From positions 1 through 19,865 of the forward strand of contig PEAL01000065.1 in the NCBI GenBank assembly GCA_002753725.1: 19,865 nucleotides of DNA, given 5' to 3'. The position numbers were made by a program, and so were the translations under genes. This stretch comes from Deltaproteobacteria bacterium. Lineage in GTDB: Bacteria > Desulfobacterota > Desulfobacteria > Desulfobacterales > Magnetomoraceae. This document shows positions 8,705 to 16,818 of this stretch, one piece after another. Under the pieces are notes generated by a model. It was not told the origin of the DNA. It saw only the letters and a program-made list of their open reading frames with translations, and did no database searches. Positions within the stretch are counted from its first letter, which is position 1. Each line of letters opens with the position of its first letter.

Positions 8705-10858
8705 TTAATTGACGACAATCGAATAAAAATAATAAAAATAACCTGCTATCATAAAAAGAGATAAAAAAAGTCCTGTACATTTTACTCTTGGTATTGCCTG
8801 ACAAAAGCCTTTTCGATTCAAGCCGGCAATAATAAGTGTCAACACAAATGAAAGGCCTGTCATAAGGTAAAGAAGAATAAACCAGTGATCAAATGGGATA
8901 AGATAATCAACAGATATTTCAGACAGGAAGTAATATAAGAACGATACCACTCCCAGGCATGACAGATGGGCAAACATCGCAATCAGTGTATGGGAAGGAA
9001 TGATGAATAAAAGGCAGGATAAAAGACCCATAATAATGCATCCAGGAACAAAACATCGCAACCACTGATGAAAAGAATCTCGATGAATAAGGATTTGAAT
9101 TCTATAATCCGGGTTATGTTCTTGATTAAATTGCGAATAATCAACCTTAGGTTGCGTTGTCATGCCATAAGCATAGCAGCGATTCAGTTTCCAGTTGGAA
9201 AGGTTAAATCGATCATTGTCATTGAGACTGATTTCTTTGTTAATATATCTCATTTCATTACTTTTTAATGTATTATGATAAAAATGAATACCTAACTTTT
9301 GTTTATCAAAAGGGTATGTATGGTACAAAAAATTTATCTTAAAGGATCCCTTAATGCTGTATTTTTTATACAAGACACCATCAAGGGTTCCACTTTCAAC
9401 AGGATCGTCTAAAACAACAGGTGTTGTTGCATTTAAAAAGCAAATATCTGCGGGGTCGATTACCGGGGTGTCATACAAGAATGTCAGAAAAAAATGAGCC
9501 GTAAAGAACGATTCTTTTATATCCAGTTCAACGATTTCAGTTTTTACCTGAACAATCGATACGTGTTGAATATCTGATTCATAAGGATTTGTATGGTTTA
9601 ATTTAGATTTCATGTCCATCAGAAACTGTTGGTGAAAAGGAACAAGTACCCCTTTTTGATAGTGACCCAGACCTGTATTTTTTATTGCATTTCCATTATC
9701 ATCAAAAAAGATATCACCGCAGATTCCTTTAAAAGCATAATCAGGTTTCTTTATATCGGTAAGAAAATTTTTTATTTGACGTCTGTACTGGTAAGATCGT
9801 GCAGTGGGGTCAATTTCCATTTTTCTAAGAATATCTGCCATCAGAAGTGTGGCATCATAATAATTTGTTGCAATAGACGATGGAACGTTACGATATTTTT
9901 CATAATAGGCCTTAAAAAAGTCTACAGATTGAGAATTAAACAAATAATTCGCAAAGATATCATTTGCAGTTGTGAAAACACCATCTGAATAATAACCAGG
10001 AATTGATTTTTCCAGGGCAATTGTTCGTAATTCGTTTTGAAACGATTCATATGAAAATACATGACCATTGGTTATAAAAAAGTGAGGATCAAAAGCGTTT
10101 AATTTTTCAATAATCTGAACAGCCAGGCGATCAGATGTTGCAATAAAAACAGAGCTTTTTGCTTTAGATGTTTTAAACATTCTAACGATGGTTTGCAGTT
10201 GTGGATAAATATTTTTTTCTTCATCAATATCAATTGTATTTTCAATTTTAATGCCGTTATTTTTGAAAAAATTCATATATGTATTTTTGATATCACGACT
10301 ATAAATATCTTTAGATGCAATAATGGTTACAGGTGACCATTTACAATACTGCTTTGAAAACATAGCCAGAAATGTTGCCTGATGGAGAGAGGATGGTATG
10401 GATCGAAAATACCATTCATTGTTTAATGTAACATTCGTTGCTGGTGCTGAGGCGGTAATCGCGGGGATACCTTCTTTTAAATAAACCTGCCCGGCAGAAA
10501 AACTGGCAGCGCTGCTATAATGCCCAATAACAAAAAGCAGATGGTCATTTCTTGAGAATGAATTGGCAACTTTCATGGCAAGATTGGTTTTATTCATGTC
10601 ATCTTTATAGATATATTTCAATTTTTTACCATCAATACCGCCATTTGCATTGATTTTTTCTATACATAAATCAATACCCCGAAGCATTTCTTTGCCATAT
10701 TCTTCATCCGCCCCACTGAATGGGCCTGCAACACCAAACAGGCACACATCTTGATCACTGTGATAGATATCAAATACACTCAATAGTAGTAGTATACCGA
10801 TAAACAGTATCACAATTAAAATAATCAATAGGCCTTTATTTAAAATGAATTGTTTCAT
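8705..10858 (-). CDS. Fusion protein of 717 aa. An N-terminal type I periplasmic binding domain (Leu/Ile/Val-binding, LIVBP/ANF-receptor-like) is joined to a pentameric ligand-gated ion channel core (extracellular beta-sandwich plus 4-TM pore domain).
   Basis: N-terminal TM/signal segment, then the LIVBP-like signature GPFSGADEEYGKEMLRGIDLCIEKINANGGIDGKKLKYIYKDD...LLFVIGHYSSAAS...AITASA. Residues about 432-595 match the pLGIC extracellular-domain pattern: beta1 VSIVQVKTEIVELDIKESFFTAHFFLTFLYDTP, then the Pro-loop hallmark YPFDKQKL (codons 9316-9305), then a pre-M1 Arg in IQILIHRDS. M1 with its conserved Pro follows (WLRCFVPGCIIMGLLSCLLFIIP), then three more TM helices with a short M3-M4 loop, as in prokaryotic GLIC/ELIC-type channels. 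Confidence 0.8.
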   Translation of the reverse strand: MKQFILNKGLLIILIVILFIGILLLLSVFDIYHSDQDVCLFGVAGPFSGADEEYGKEMLRGIDLCIEKINANGGIDGKKLKYIYKDDMNKTNLAMKVANSFSRNDHLLFVIGHYSSAASFSAGQVYLKEGIPAITASAPATNVTLNNEWYFRSIPSSLHQATFLAMFSKQYCKWSPVTIIASKDIYSRDIKNTYMNFFKNNGIKIENTIDIDEEKNIYPQLQTIVRMFKTSKAKSSVFIATSDRLAVQIIEKLNAFDPHFFITNGHVFSYESFQNELRTIALEKSIPGYYSDGVFTTANDIFANYLFNSQSVDFFKAYYEKYRNVPSSIATNYYDATLLMADILRKMEIDPTARSYQYRRQIKNFLTDIKKPDYAFKGICGDIFFDDNGNAIKNTGLGHYQKGVLVPFHQQFLMDMKSKLNHTNPYESDIQHVSIVQVKTEIVELDIKESFFTAHFFLTFLYDTPVIDPADICFLNATTPVVLDDPVESGTLDGVLYKKYSIKGSFKINFLYHTYPFDKQKLGIHFYHNTLKSNEMRYINKEISLNDNDRFNLSNWKLNRCYAYGMTTQPKVDYSQFNQEHNPDYRIQILIHRDSFHQWLRCFVPGCIIMGLLSCLLFIIPSHTLIAMFAHLSCLGVVSFLYYFLSEISVDYLIPFDHWFILLYLMTGLSFVLTLIIAGLNRKGFCQAIPRVKCTGLFLSLFMIAGYFYYFYSIVVN

Positions 10859-10889
10859 AAGTTGCTATAAATTATATAAATTATTATTC

Positions 10890-13037
10890 TTAAAGCGGAA
10901 AACAACAGTTGACCACATAAAAAGATATCATCATTATCGTAATCAAACATGCTGCCTTTCCCAAAAATTGAACGAACGCCATTGATTGCTTATAATGATG
11001 GATCGATAAGCCTATCAGTCCCATTTGAAACATGATTGTCAACCCAATAAAACCATACAAACACATAAACAGCATTTCAGAGAATGTCAGAAATGGTATG
11101 TGTAATTTGAAATATAAATGGCATACAGTAGTGATCATCAGGAATATGATATTGATCACCAATGAAATTTTTATTCGATGCACAGGACAAAAATAACTGA
11201 TCGATGTCAGTAGAAAAAGAATAAGACAGGCAATAAAAATAAGCTTTTCCTGCTGATTCAGGCGCCTTTGAATATGAATATCAACAGCGAATTCAGATGC
11301 GTTATTCTTAATATCTCCTGACAATGGGCTTTTTATTAAATAAGGCATCGCGTCCACAGATAGCCATGTTTCAGAATTCAATTTAAAACTTATTTTATTT
11401 AGCTGATCAATAGCAAATATAAACGTGTTTGTGTTTACGCTTGTATCCCGAAAACTTATGGTCAGTTTTTGGCTGTCTATGGGATATCGTTTAAGGTCAA
11501 AGTGATGATAAAATACACTATCCACGGTGTATAACAGATGTGTGGTACCTTGTTTATTCATAGTTTTTTTAGGATTTTTCAATACAAGCGGAGAAACAGC
11601 GTTGGTAAATTGAATCCATTCAGGTTGAAAATGCTTTTGAAAACTAAACCAGAGATTAAACCGGGCATGAAATGTACCATCTATCGTATTGATTTGATTT
11701 AATTGAATATCATCTATCCTTACATACACTAATTGTTTTTTGATAAAATAATCATCATTGTTTGCCATAACGTCATTATCTAATGCTTTTTGAATCAAAT
11801 CATTGGAAATATCATTGAGTGAAACAGCGATGTATTGATGAAAGGCGGGAATATAATGGCCCTTGTATAATTGAGTGACAATCATTGACTTTTTCGTTTC
11901 GCCAACACCATTAAAAAATATTTTTCCGGTTAAGCCCTCCACACAGTGATTCCTATCATAGAATGTTTCAAGTGCATTTTTGAATTTTTTTCTGATGTCC
12001 CGGATAGCCCCCTGTATCTCAATTTTTCTTAATGCTTCAATGCTAACATGTGCCAGATCATAAGATGTCGTACTGATTAATGAAGGCGGTACTCCATAAA
12101 AGGTATAATAATTCTTTTCAAAAATTCTATTGATTTGTTTTGAAAAATACTGAGAAAACAACGATACAGAGTAGATACCATTTGAATAAAAACCGGGTGA
12201 GGATTGTTCTTTGGGATACGCTTTGAATCCATCGATAAAAATTTGAGATGCCAAGGAATCTGCGCCCATAATGATTTGATTCAGTTGCTTCTTTTTCAAA
12301 CCAACCACCAATTTTACAGACGTATCAGCGTGGGTTGCCAAAAAAAACATATCAGGTTTTAACGCATGCGTATCAATGGCCTGTACAATAGTATCAACCT
12401 GATCATCCATACTCGTTGAACTCGAATCCAATGGATATTGTTCAACAATCTCAATTCCTTTTTCCAGTGCTTGTTCTGTAAATACTGCTGCTAAATTTTT
12501 ACCATATGCCCCTGTATCATAAACAATCGTTGCGGTTTTAAGATTCAATGCTGATTGTGCGTAAGCAGCAAGAAAATCACTTTGACAGGAATTTGGTGGG
12601 ACAATTCTGAACAACCATTCATTCATAATCGGCAAGTCATCAGATGTTGCTGAACCGGTTATTGATGGAATCATGTTGTTTTCATAAATAGAGGCAGCCG
12701 CAGTGCAGCAGGAACTGAAATAATGTCCCAGAACAAAAAGAATGTCCTTGTTTCGAACAATTTGTTTTGCTGCACCGACAGCGCCTTCTTCGGTGCCTTT
12801 ATCGTCAAAAACAAGCAGCTTGATCTGGCTGCCATGAAGTCCTCCTGAGGCGTTTATTTGATCAATATAGAATTGTACCCCTTTAACCATTTCATTTCCA
12901 TAAAAAGACTGGGAACCACTGAATGTACTCGCAACCGCAATATAAAGCGTTTTCTTGCCATAATACAAATGAATCGTATAAAATATGGAAATCAACATGC
13001 TTATCAGTAAAATTATAATAATATATTTTTTCATCAT
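10890..13037 (-). CDS. Paralogous LIVBP-like periplasmic binding domain / pentameric ligand-gated ion channel fusion, 716 aa.
   Basis: Start assigned to the ATG at 13037 (MMKKYIIIILLISMLISIFY...), 2 nt after the upstream stop. The longer ORF to 13094 would overlap the upstream gene. LIVBP signature TFSGSQSFYGNEMVKGVQFYIDQINASGGLHGSQIKLLVFDD...ILFVLGHYFSS...SITGSA. pLGIC hallmarks: VYVRIDDIQLNQINTIDGTFHARFNLWFSF, Pro-loop YPIDSQKL (11486-11475), pre-M1 IHIQRR, M1 LIFIACLILFLLTSISYFCP, and three more TM helices at the C-terminus. Confidence 0.75.
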   Translation of the reverse strand: MMKKYIIIILLISMLISIFYTIHLYYGKKTLYIAVASTFSGSQSFYGNEMVKGVQFYIDQINASGGLHGSQIKLLVFDDKGTEEGAVGAAKQIVRNKDILFVLGHYFSSCCTAAASIYENNMIPSITGSATSDDLPIMNEWLFRIVPPNSCQSDFLAAYAQSALNLKTATIVYDTGAYGKNLAAVFTEQALEKGIEIVEQYPLDSSSTSMDDQVDTIVQAIDTHALKPDMFFLATHADTSVKLVVGLKKKQLNQIIMGADSLASQIFIDGFKAYPKEQSSPGFYSNGIYSVSLFSQYFSKQINRIFEKNYYTFYGVPPSLISTTSYDLAHVSIEALRKIEIQGAIRDIRKKFKNALETFYDRNHCVEGLTGKIFFNGVGETKKSMIVTQLYKGHYIPAFHQYIAVSLNDISNDLIQKALDNDVMANNDDYFIKKQLVYVRIDDIQLNQINTIDGTFHARFNLWFSFQKHFQPEWIQFTNAVSPLVLKNPKKTMNKQGTTHLLYTVDSVFYHHFDLKRYPIDSQKLTISFRDTSVNTNTFIFAIDQLNKISFKLNSETWLSVDAMPYLIKSPLSGDIKNNASEFAVDIHIQRRLNQQEKLIFIACLILFLLTSISYFCPVHRIKISLVINIIFLMITTVCHLYFKLHIPFLTFSEMLFMCLYGFIGLTIMFQMGLIGLSIHHYKQSMAFVQFLGKAACLITIMMISFYVVNCCFPL

Positions 13038-13039
13038 AT

Positions 13040-15721
13040 TTAATTCAGTTGCCAATCTTTGATATTCTGTCCACCAAGAGCCATATGAGACCAATTTTTA
13101 ATGCGTGGTTTTATAAGGTAATGGTCGGTTTCATAGAAAATGGGGATTACAAGCGTCTCTCTTTGGGTCAGAATCTCATCGATCATTAAATAATAGTCTT
13201 TTCTTAAATGTAAATTTTTTTCTTTTATGGCTTTATTCAACACATCAGATAATTCTGTATTGATATAACTGTTCTGGCGGCTAAGCTTGTTATATGAATC
13301 AAACAAAAAACTATTGGCATCAGGAAAAGTCGCATACCAGTCAGAAATGAAAATATGAGCCTGTCTGGGATTGTATGAACCAGGTTCTGTAAGACCGATG
13401 ACAGTGGATTGAAGATTCAATCTTTTTTTAAGTAGTAATGAAATCGCTTTGGCAATTTGTTTATGGGAATCATGGATTCCTGAATCAATTAGAATTGCAG
13501 GGCATCCTTTTCCGCCAGGATAGCCCGCTTCGGCTAACATTTTCATGGCATGAGTGGGATGGTAAACAGGCCGTTTCTCCTGACTTGACAGCAATAATAA
13601 ATCAGGGGGTATAAACATTTTCATTGCCTTTTGTTGCCCATGAATGACGAACCTGGTAATAAATGAGCGATCAATAACAGACGCAATGGCTTTTCGTAAC
13701 AAAACATTATCCACAGGGGATTGATTCACATTGAAAAAAAGGCCGGTTGTAGAAAAATTGGTACGTTCTTGATAGTCATGTCGGGTTTCAGGTTGCTTTT
13801 TGACCGAATCAAGAAAACGCGATGGGATGTTTATAAAAGCCCCCCCAAGAATATCCAGTTGATTGTTTTGATACATATGCAAAGCAAGCAGGCTGTTCAT
13901 GATAACGTTATAACGCACTTCCTGAATGGCAACAGTTGAAGCATCATAATAGCGGTCATTTTTTCGTAAAATAATCAAAGAGCCTTTTTCATGACAAGCC
14001 AGTTGAAAGGGACCATTACTGACAATATGTTCAGGGGCTGTCCATTCAGCAGCCCATTTTTGAATCGTTGCCGAAGGCAGAGGGCTGAAAACAGGCAGTC
14101 CGGTGATTGAAGGAAAAAATGCAGCAGGATAGGACAGGATAAAATCAATGGTATAATCATCAATAACGTTGACCCCCAGTTTTGATGCATCTTTGATGAA
14201 TCCTAGATGAATGTCCTGGGCATTTTTGAGTATGAATAAGTGTTTTACATCCGGGCATTGGGTTTCAGGGGTCAAATTTCTAACTATTGCAAATCTCAGA
14301 TCGTGAGCTGTCACCGGCTGTCCGTTTGTCCAGAACACATTTTTTCGCAATTTAAACCGGTAACGATCTAAGGTTTCATTCGGTTCCCAACTCGTGGCAA
14401 AGTCCGGGGAAGACTGATAGGTGTCAGGATGGTATTGAGTCAGGCGTATAAACAATTGCTTTGATAATTCAGTTGTTATTTTATCATGGGCAAGCCCCGG
14501 GTCTAATCGTGAAACATCATTGTTACAAAACCTGTTTATATTGAAAGAATCGACCAGGTCAAAAAAATCATCCTGCTTTTTTTCTTTTCGATTAATAATG
14601 ACAAATTTTCCATCTTCATATTTTTTAAAAAATAAAGCGGATGGCCCGATATTTCCTTGTCGTGTCAGATGATATTGACTTAAAACACCATCCCAATGTT
14701 CCATGAATCTAAGAGTTGTATTTAAAACCATTGGTAAACATGAATTACTTTTTTCCATTGACGTTTTAAGCAAATGAATCAGATCATAACCCCGGGCAGC
14801 AAATGTTTCAGGCTCAACGCCAAAGGCTTGCGTAAAACTGGAAACAAAATCTTGTGTTAATTTTCTGGGAAGTGTGTTGTCAAAGTTGCTTGGGATGATG
14901 GTTCCTTCAGCTTTTTTTCCAGTATTACTCCAAAAATAGCGTGTGTCAATTTCATCGGTGGCCATAATTGGGGTATTGATATTCAACTCTCTCATCTGAT
15001 TTACCACCAATGCTGCGATGTTATCTCTGCATAATAATAAAACAATGTCAAAGGATTCATTTTTTAAATCACTTAAGATATCTCTGAAATTTGTTTCAGA
15101 TCGAGAAAAGGATTGTTGAGATACAATCGCAAGGCCTTTTTGTGTGGCCTCTTCATAAAAAATATCAGCAAGAATCTTACTGGTTTTCTGGCGGTCATTA
15201 AGGATAATAATGCGCTGATAGTGGTTTTGAGAGAAACATTCAGCAATTCTTCTAACATATACTTGATCTGGCATATAATTATTAAAAATATAGGCCCCGC
15301 CATAGCGTAATAAATCCGCCCCTGTAGAAAAAAATAATATGCCAGCTTCTTTGTATACGATTGATGCAGAAATAGCATTTTGAGGACTAAAATGTCCGAT
15401 AACAGCAAAAACATTTTTATTTTTAGCTAATTTTTCTGCAATGCGAATGGATGTTTTTTCATCATCATAATCATAAAACAAAAGCGGTCTGATCCTTTTC
15501 CCCATAACGCCGCCATCGCTGTTTATTTCATCCATAGCCAGTTTAACGCCATGAGCAAACTGTGTGGTAGCAGGGAATGCGTCCACAATTCCAATGAAAA
15601 GATCATCGGTTGATCGGGTCAAATGCTTCATGCGCTCTTCATTGGAAATAACCTTGTTACATGAAAAAAATGTAAGAAGGAGTACAATAAAAGCAAAATG
15701 TAAAACGATGATTGGTTTCAT
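13040..15721 (-). CDS. Predicted lipoprotein of 893 aa made of two complete solute-binding domains. Residues about 38-375 are type I (LIVBP-like). Residues about 395-893 are solute-binding protein family 5 (OppA/DppA/NikA-like peptide or nickel-binding type).
   Basis: Signal peptide with a Cys at residue 21 (LLLTFFSC, a non-canonical lipobox). LIVBP signature IGIVDAFPATTQFAHGVKLAMDEINSDGGVMGKRIRPLLFYDYDD...VFAVIGHFSPQ...FFSTGA. The second half begins LDPGLAHDKITTELSKQLFIRLTQYHPDTYQSSPDFATSWEPNETLDRYRFKLRKNVFWTNGQPVTAHDLRFAI. That matches the conserved N-terminal block of family-5 SBPs (LDPA.A.D..S...L.......G.I.P.LA.SWE.S.DG..Y.F.LRKGV.FHDG.P.TA.DV.FS) and continues to the end of the protein. 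Confidence 0.8.
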   Translation of the reverse strand: MKPIIVLHFAFIVLLLTFFSCNKVISNEERMKHLTRSTDDLFIGIVDAFPATTQFAHGVKLAMDEINSDGGVMGKRIRPLLFYDYDDEKTSIRIAEKLAKNKNVFAVIGHFSPQNAISASIVYKEAGILFFSTGADLLRYGGAYIFNNYMPDQVYVRRIAECFSQNHYQRIIILNDRQKTSKILADIFYEEATQKGLAIVSQQSFSRSETNFRDILSDLKNESFDIVLLLCRDNIAALVVNQMRELNINTPIMATDEIDTRYFWSNTGKKAEGTIIPSNFDNTLPRKLTQDFVSSFTQAFGVEPETFAARGYDLIHLLKTSMEKSNSCLPMVLNTTLRFMEHWDGVLSQYHLTRQGNIGPSALFFKKYEDGKFVIINRKEKKQDDFFDLVDSFNINRFCNNDVSRLDPGLAHDKITTELSKQLFIRLTQYHPDTYQSSPDFATSWEPNETLDRYRFKLRKNVFWTNGQPVTAHDLRFAIVRNLTPETQCPDVKHLFILKNAQDIHLGFIKDASKLGVNVIDDYTIDFILSYPAAFFPSITGLPVFSPLPSATIQKWAAEWTAPEHIVSNGPFQLACHEKGSLIILRKNDRYYDASTVAIQEVRYNVIMNSLLALHMYQNNQLDILGGAFINIPSRFLDSVKKQPETRHDYQERTNFSTTGLFFNVNQSPVDNVLLRKAIASVIDRSFITRFVIHGQQKAMKMFIPPDLLLLSSQEKRPVYHPTHAMKMLAEAGYPGGKGCPAILIDSGIHDSHKQIAKAISLLLKKRLNLQSTVIGLTEPGSYNPRQAHIFISDWYATFPDANSFLFDSYNKLSRQNSYINTELSDVLNKAIKEKNLHLRKDYYLMIDEILTQRETLVIPIFYETDHYLIKPRIKNWSHMALGGQNIKDWQLN

Positions 15722-15746
15722 GAAATAATTCTATTGGCTGTGATGA

Positions 15747-16616
15747 TTAATTTTTATCACCATTTGTTTCTGTATTCAGAATTAAAGGCAATCCATTCTT
15801 GCCACTGCCAATAATAATAATTTTTGAATTTTGTGATTCTGCAAGTTTTTCAGTGGCTTTAATCCCTTGCCAATTGAGATATTGTTCTTTATTGAAAAGG
15901 GATGATGCAATGGTGTTCAAATGATCTCGGATACCTTCTGCTTCAATTCTTTTTCGGGTTGCTTCTTTTTTTTCTCGCTCAATAACATAAGTATGGGCTT
16001 CCGCCAGATGTTTTTGTTTGATTTTATTACGAATGGATTCGGCCACTTCTTCAGGAAGTATGATCCCCCGAACAAGAACATCATCAATATTGATATAGCG
16101 TTGAGCGACCTGTTCTATGGCTTTATTGATAGCCTCCACAATTAATTTTCTTCCCGTGGTGTAAACTTCTTCAGCATTCAATGTACCAATAATTTCACGA
16201 ATAACAGCTTCTATTTCAGGAATAATCACCTTATCCGCATACTCCATTCCCACTTGCTGATGTAATACACCAAGAAGTTTATATTCAGGCGCATAGCGAA
16301 TAGAGAGTTTAATATGAACTTGCAAACCATTTTTAGTGAGGACATCCATTTCCGGTTTAATTTCCTGGATACGAACATTATAGACGTACATTTTATCCCA
16401 GGGAAGAATTAAGTGAAGACCTTCTGAATAAACAGAAAGGATATCTGTTCCACCAAAAAAACGACTCCAAAACACCGCTGCTTCACCTGGATAAATATTG
16501 TATACAATCATATTAAACAGGAAAGCAAAGGTCAATAAAGCAATCAAAATGGTCAGAATGAGAGAAAAGGTATAATTTTTTAATTTGATAAAAAAGTTCT
16601 TGAACCTGTTTTTCAT
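15747..16616 (-). CDS. SPFH/band-7 (stomatin/prohibitin/HflC-like) membrane-scaffold protein, about 290 aa.
   Basis: N-terminal single TM segment (FSLILTILIALLTFAFLF) followed by the SPFH core YPGEAAVFWSRFFGGTDILSVYSEGLHLILPWDKMYVYNVRIQE...DVLTKNGLQVHIKLSIRY and a C-terminal coiled-coil-like KQKHLAEAHTYVIEREKKEATRKRIEAEGIRD. Start taken at the ATG at 16616 (MKNRFKNFF...). The ORF is open up to 16697. Confidence 0.8.
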   Translation of the reverse strand: MKNRFKNFFIKLKNYTFSLILTILIALLTFAFLFNMIVYNIYPGEAAVFWSRFFGGTDILSVYSEGLHLILPWDKMYVYNVRIQEIKPEMDVLTKNGLQVHIKLSIRYAPEYKLLGVLHQQVGMEYADKVIIPEIEAVIREIIGTLNAEEVYTTGRKLIVEAINKAIEQVAQRYINIDDVLVRGIILPEEVAESIRNKIKQKHLAEAHTYVIEREKKEATRKRIEAEGIRDHLNTIASSLFNKEQYLNWQGIKATEKLAESQNSKIIIIGSGKNGLPLILNTETNGDKN

Positions 16617-16818
16617 GATAAATTTCTTTTCATGGATGATAATTAAACAGTAAAATGGGGTGGAAATCAATGATTGTATTGTTATTATGAACAGCAAATG
16701 ATAATAACTAAAAAAAAATGAAATGTCTATGAAAAAAAATGAAAGAAAGGGCAGCCATCACAAAGCATATGGCAACAAATCTATAAATCATTACATAAAT
16801 ATATAAAGATGTAGACCA
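16617..16818. promoter_or_regulatory. Divergent intergenic region, presumably carrying promoters for the minus-strand five-gene cluster and the plus-strand FAD-dehydrogenase gene.
   Basis: AT-rich region of about 200 bp between divergently oriented starts. It contains an 8-bp inverted repeat gttattat...ataataac (16681-16708, 12-bp spacer) and two copies of aaaaaaaatgaaa spaced about 21 bp apart (16712-16745). No -35/-10 pair could be assigned confidently by eye. Confidence 0.3.

Noticed and set aside
8694-8804. Upstream 37 codons of the giant ORF (MSGNTKSKMYRTFFISFYDSRLFLLF...)
   Set aside because: This stretch overlaps the 3' end of the preceding channel gene in another frame. The Met at 8693 is followed immediately by a textbook signal peptide, so the longer start is unlikely.
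9068-9988. Plus-strand ORFs 9068-9268 and 9629-9988 inside the binding-protein/channel gene
   Set aside because: They are antisense to a strongly supported CDS and have AT-rich, low-complexity translations (MKRISMNKDLNSIIRV..., MVKRNKYPFLIV...). Spurious.
13038-13094. Upstream 19 codons of the 734-aa ORF (MVSYGSWWTEYQRLATELN)
   Set aside because: They overlap the C-terminus of the upstream SBP-fusion gene. The ATG-ATG pair at 13037/13034 starts a typical K-rich n-region plus hydrophobic segment (MMKKYIIIILLISMLISIF).
13721-15414. Small ORFs 13721-13939 +, 13975-14190 -, 15073-15414 - and 15113-15310 + inside the SBP-fusion gene
   Set aside because: They are embedded in or antisense to the 893-aa CDS. 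They have no motif support.
16617-16697. Upstream 27 codons of the SPFH ORF (MLFIITIQSLISTPFYCLIIIHEKKFI)
   Set aside because: SPFH/HflC-like proteins normally have a short N-terminus and a single TM segment. The start at 16616 gives exactly that. The longer form would add a second odd hydrophobic segment and would swallow the intergenic inverted repeat. Not fully excluded.
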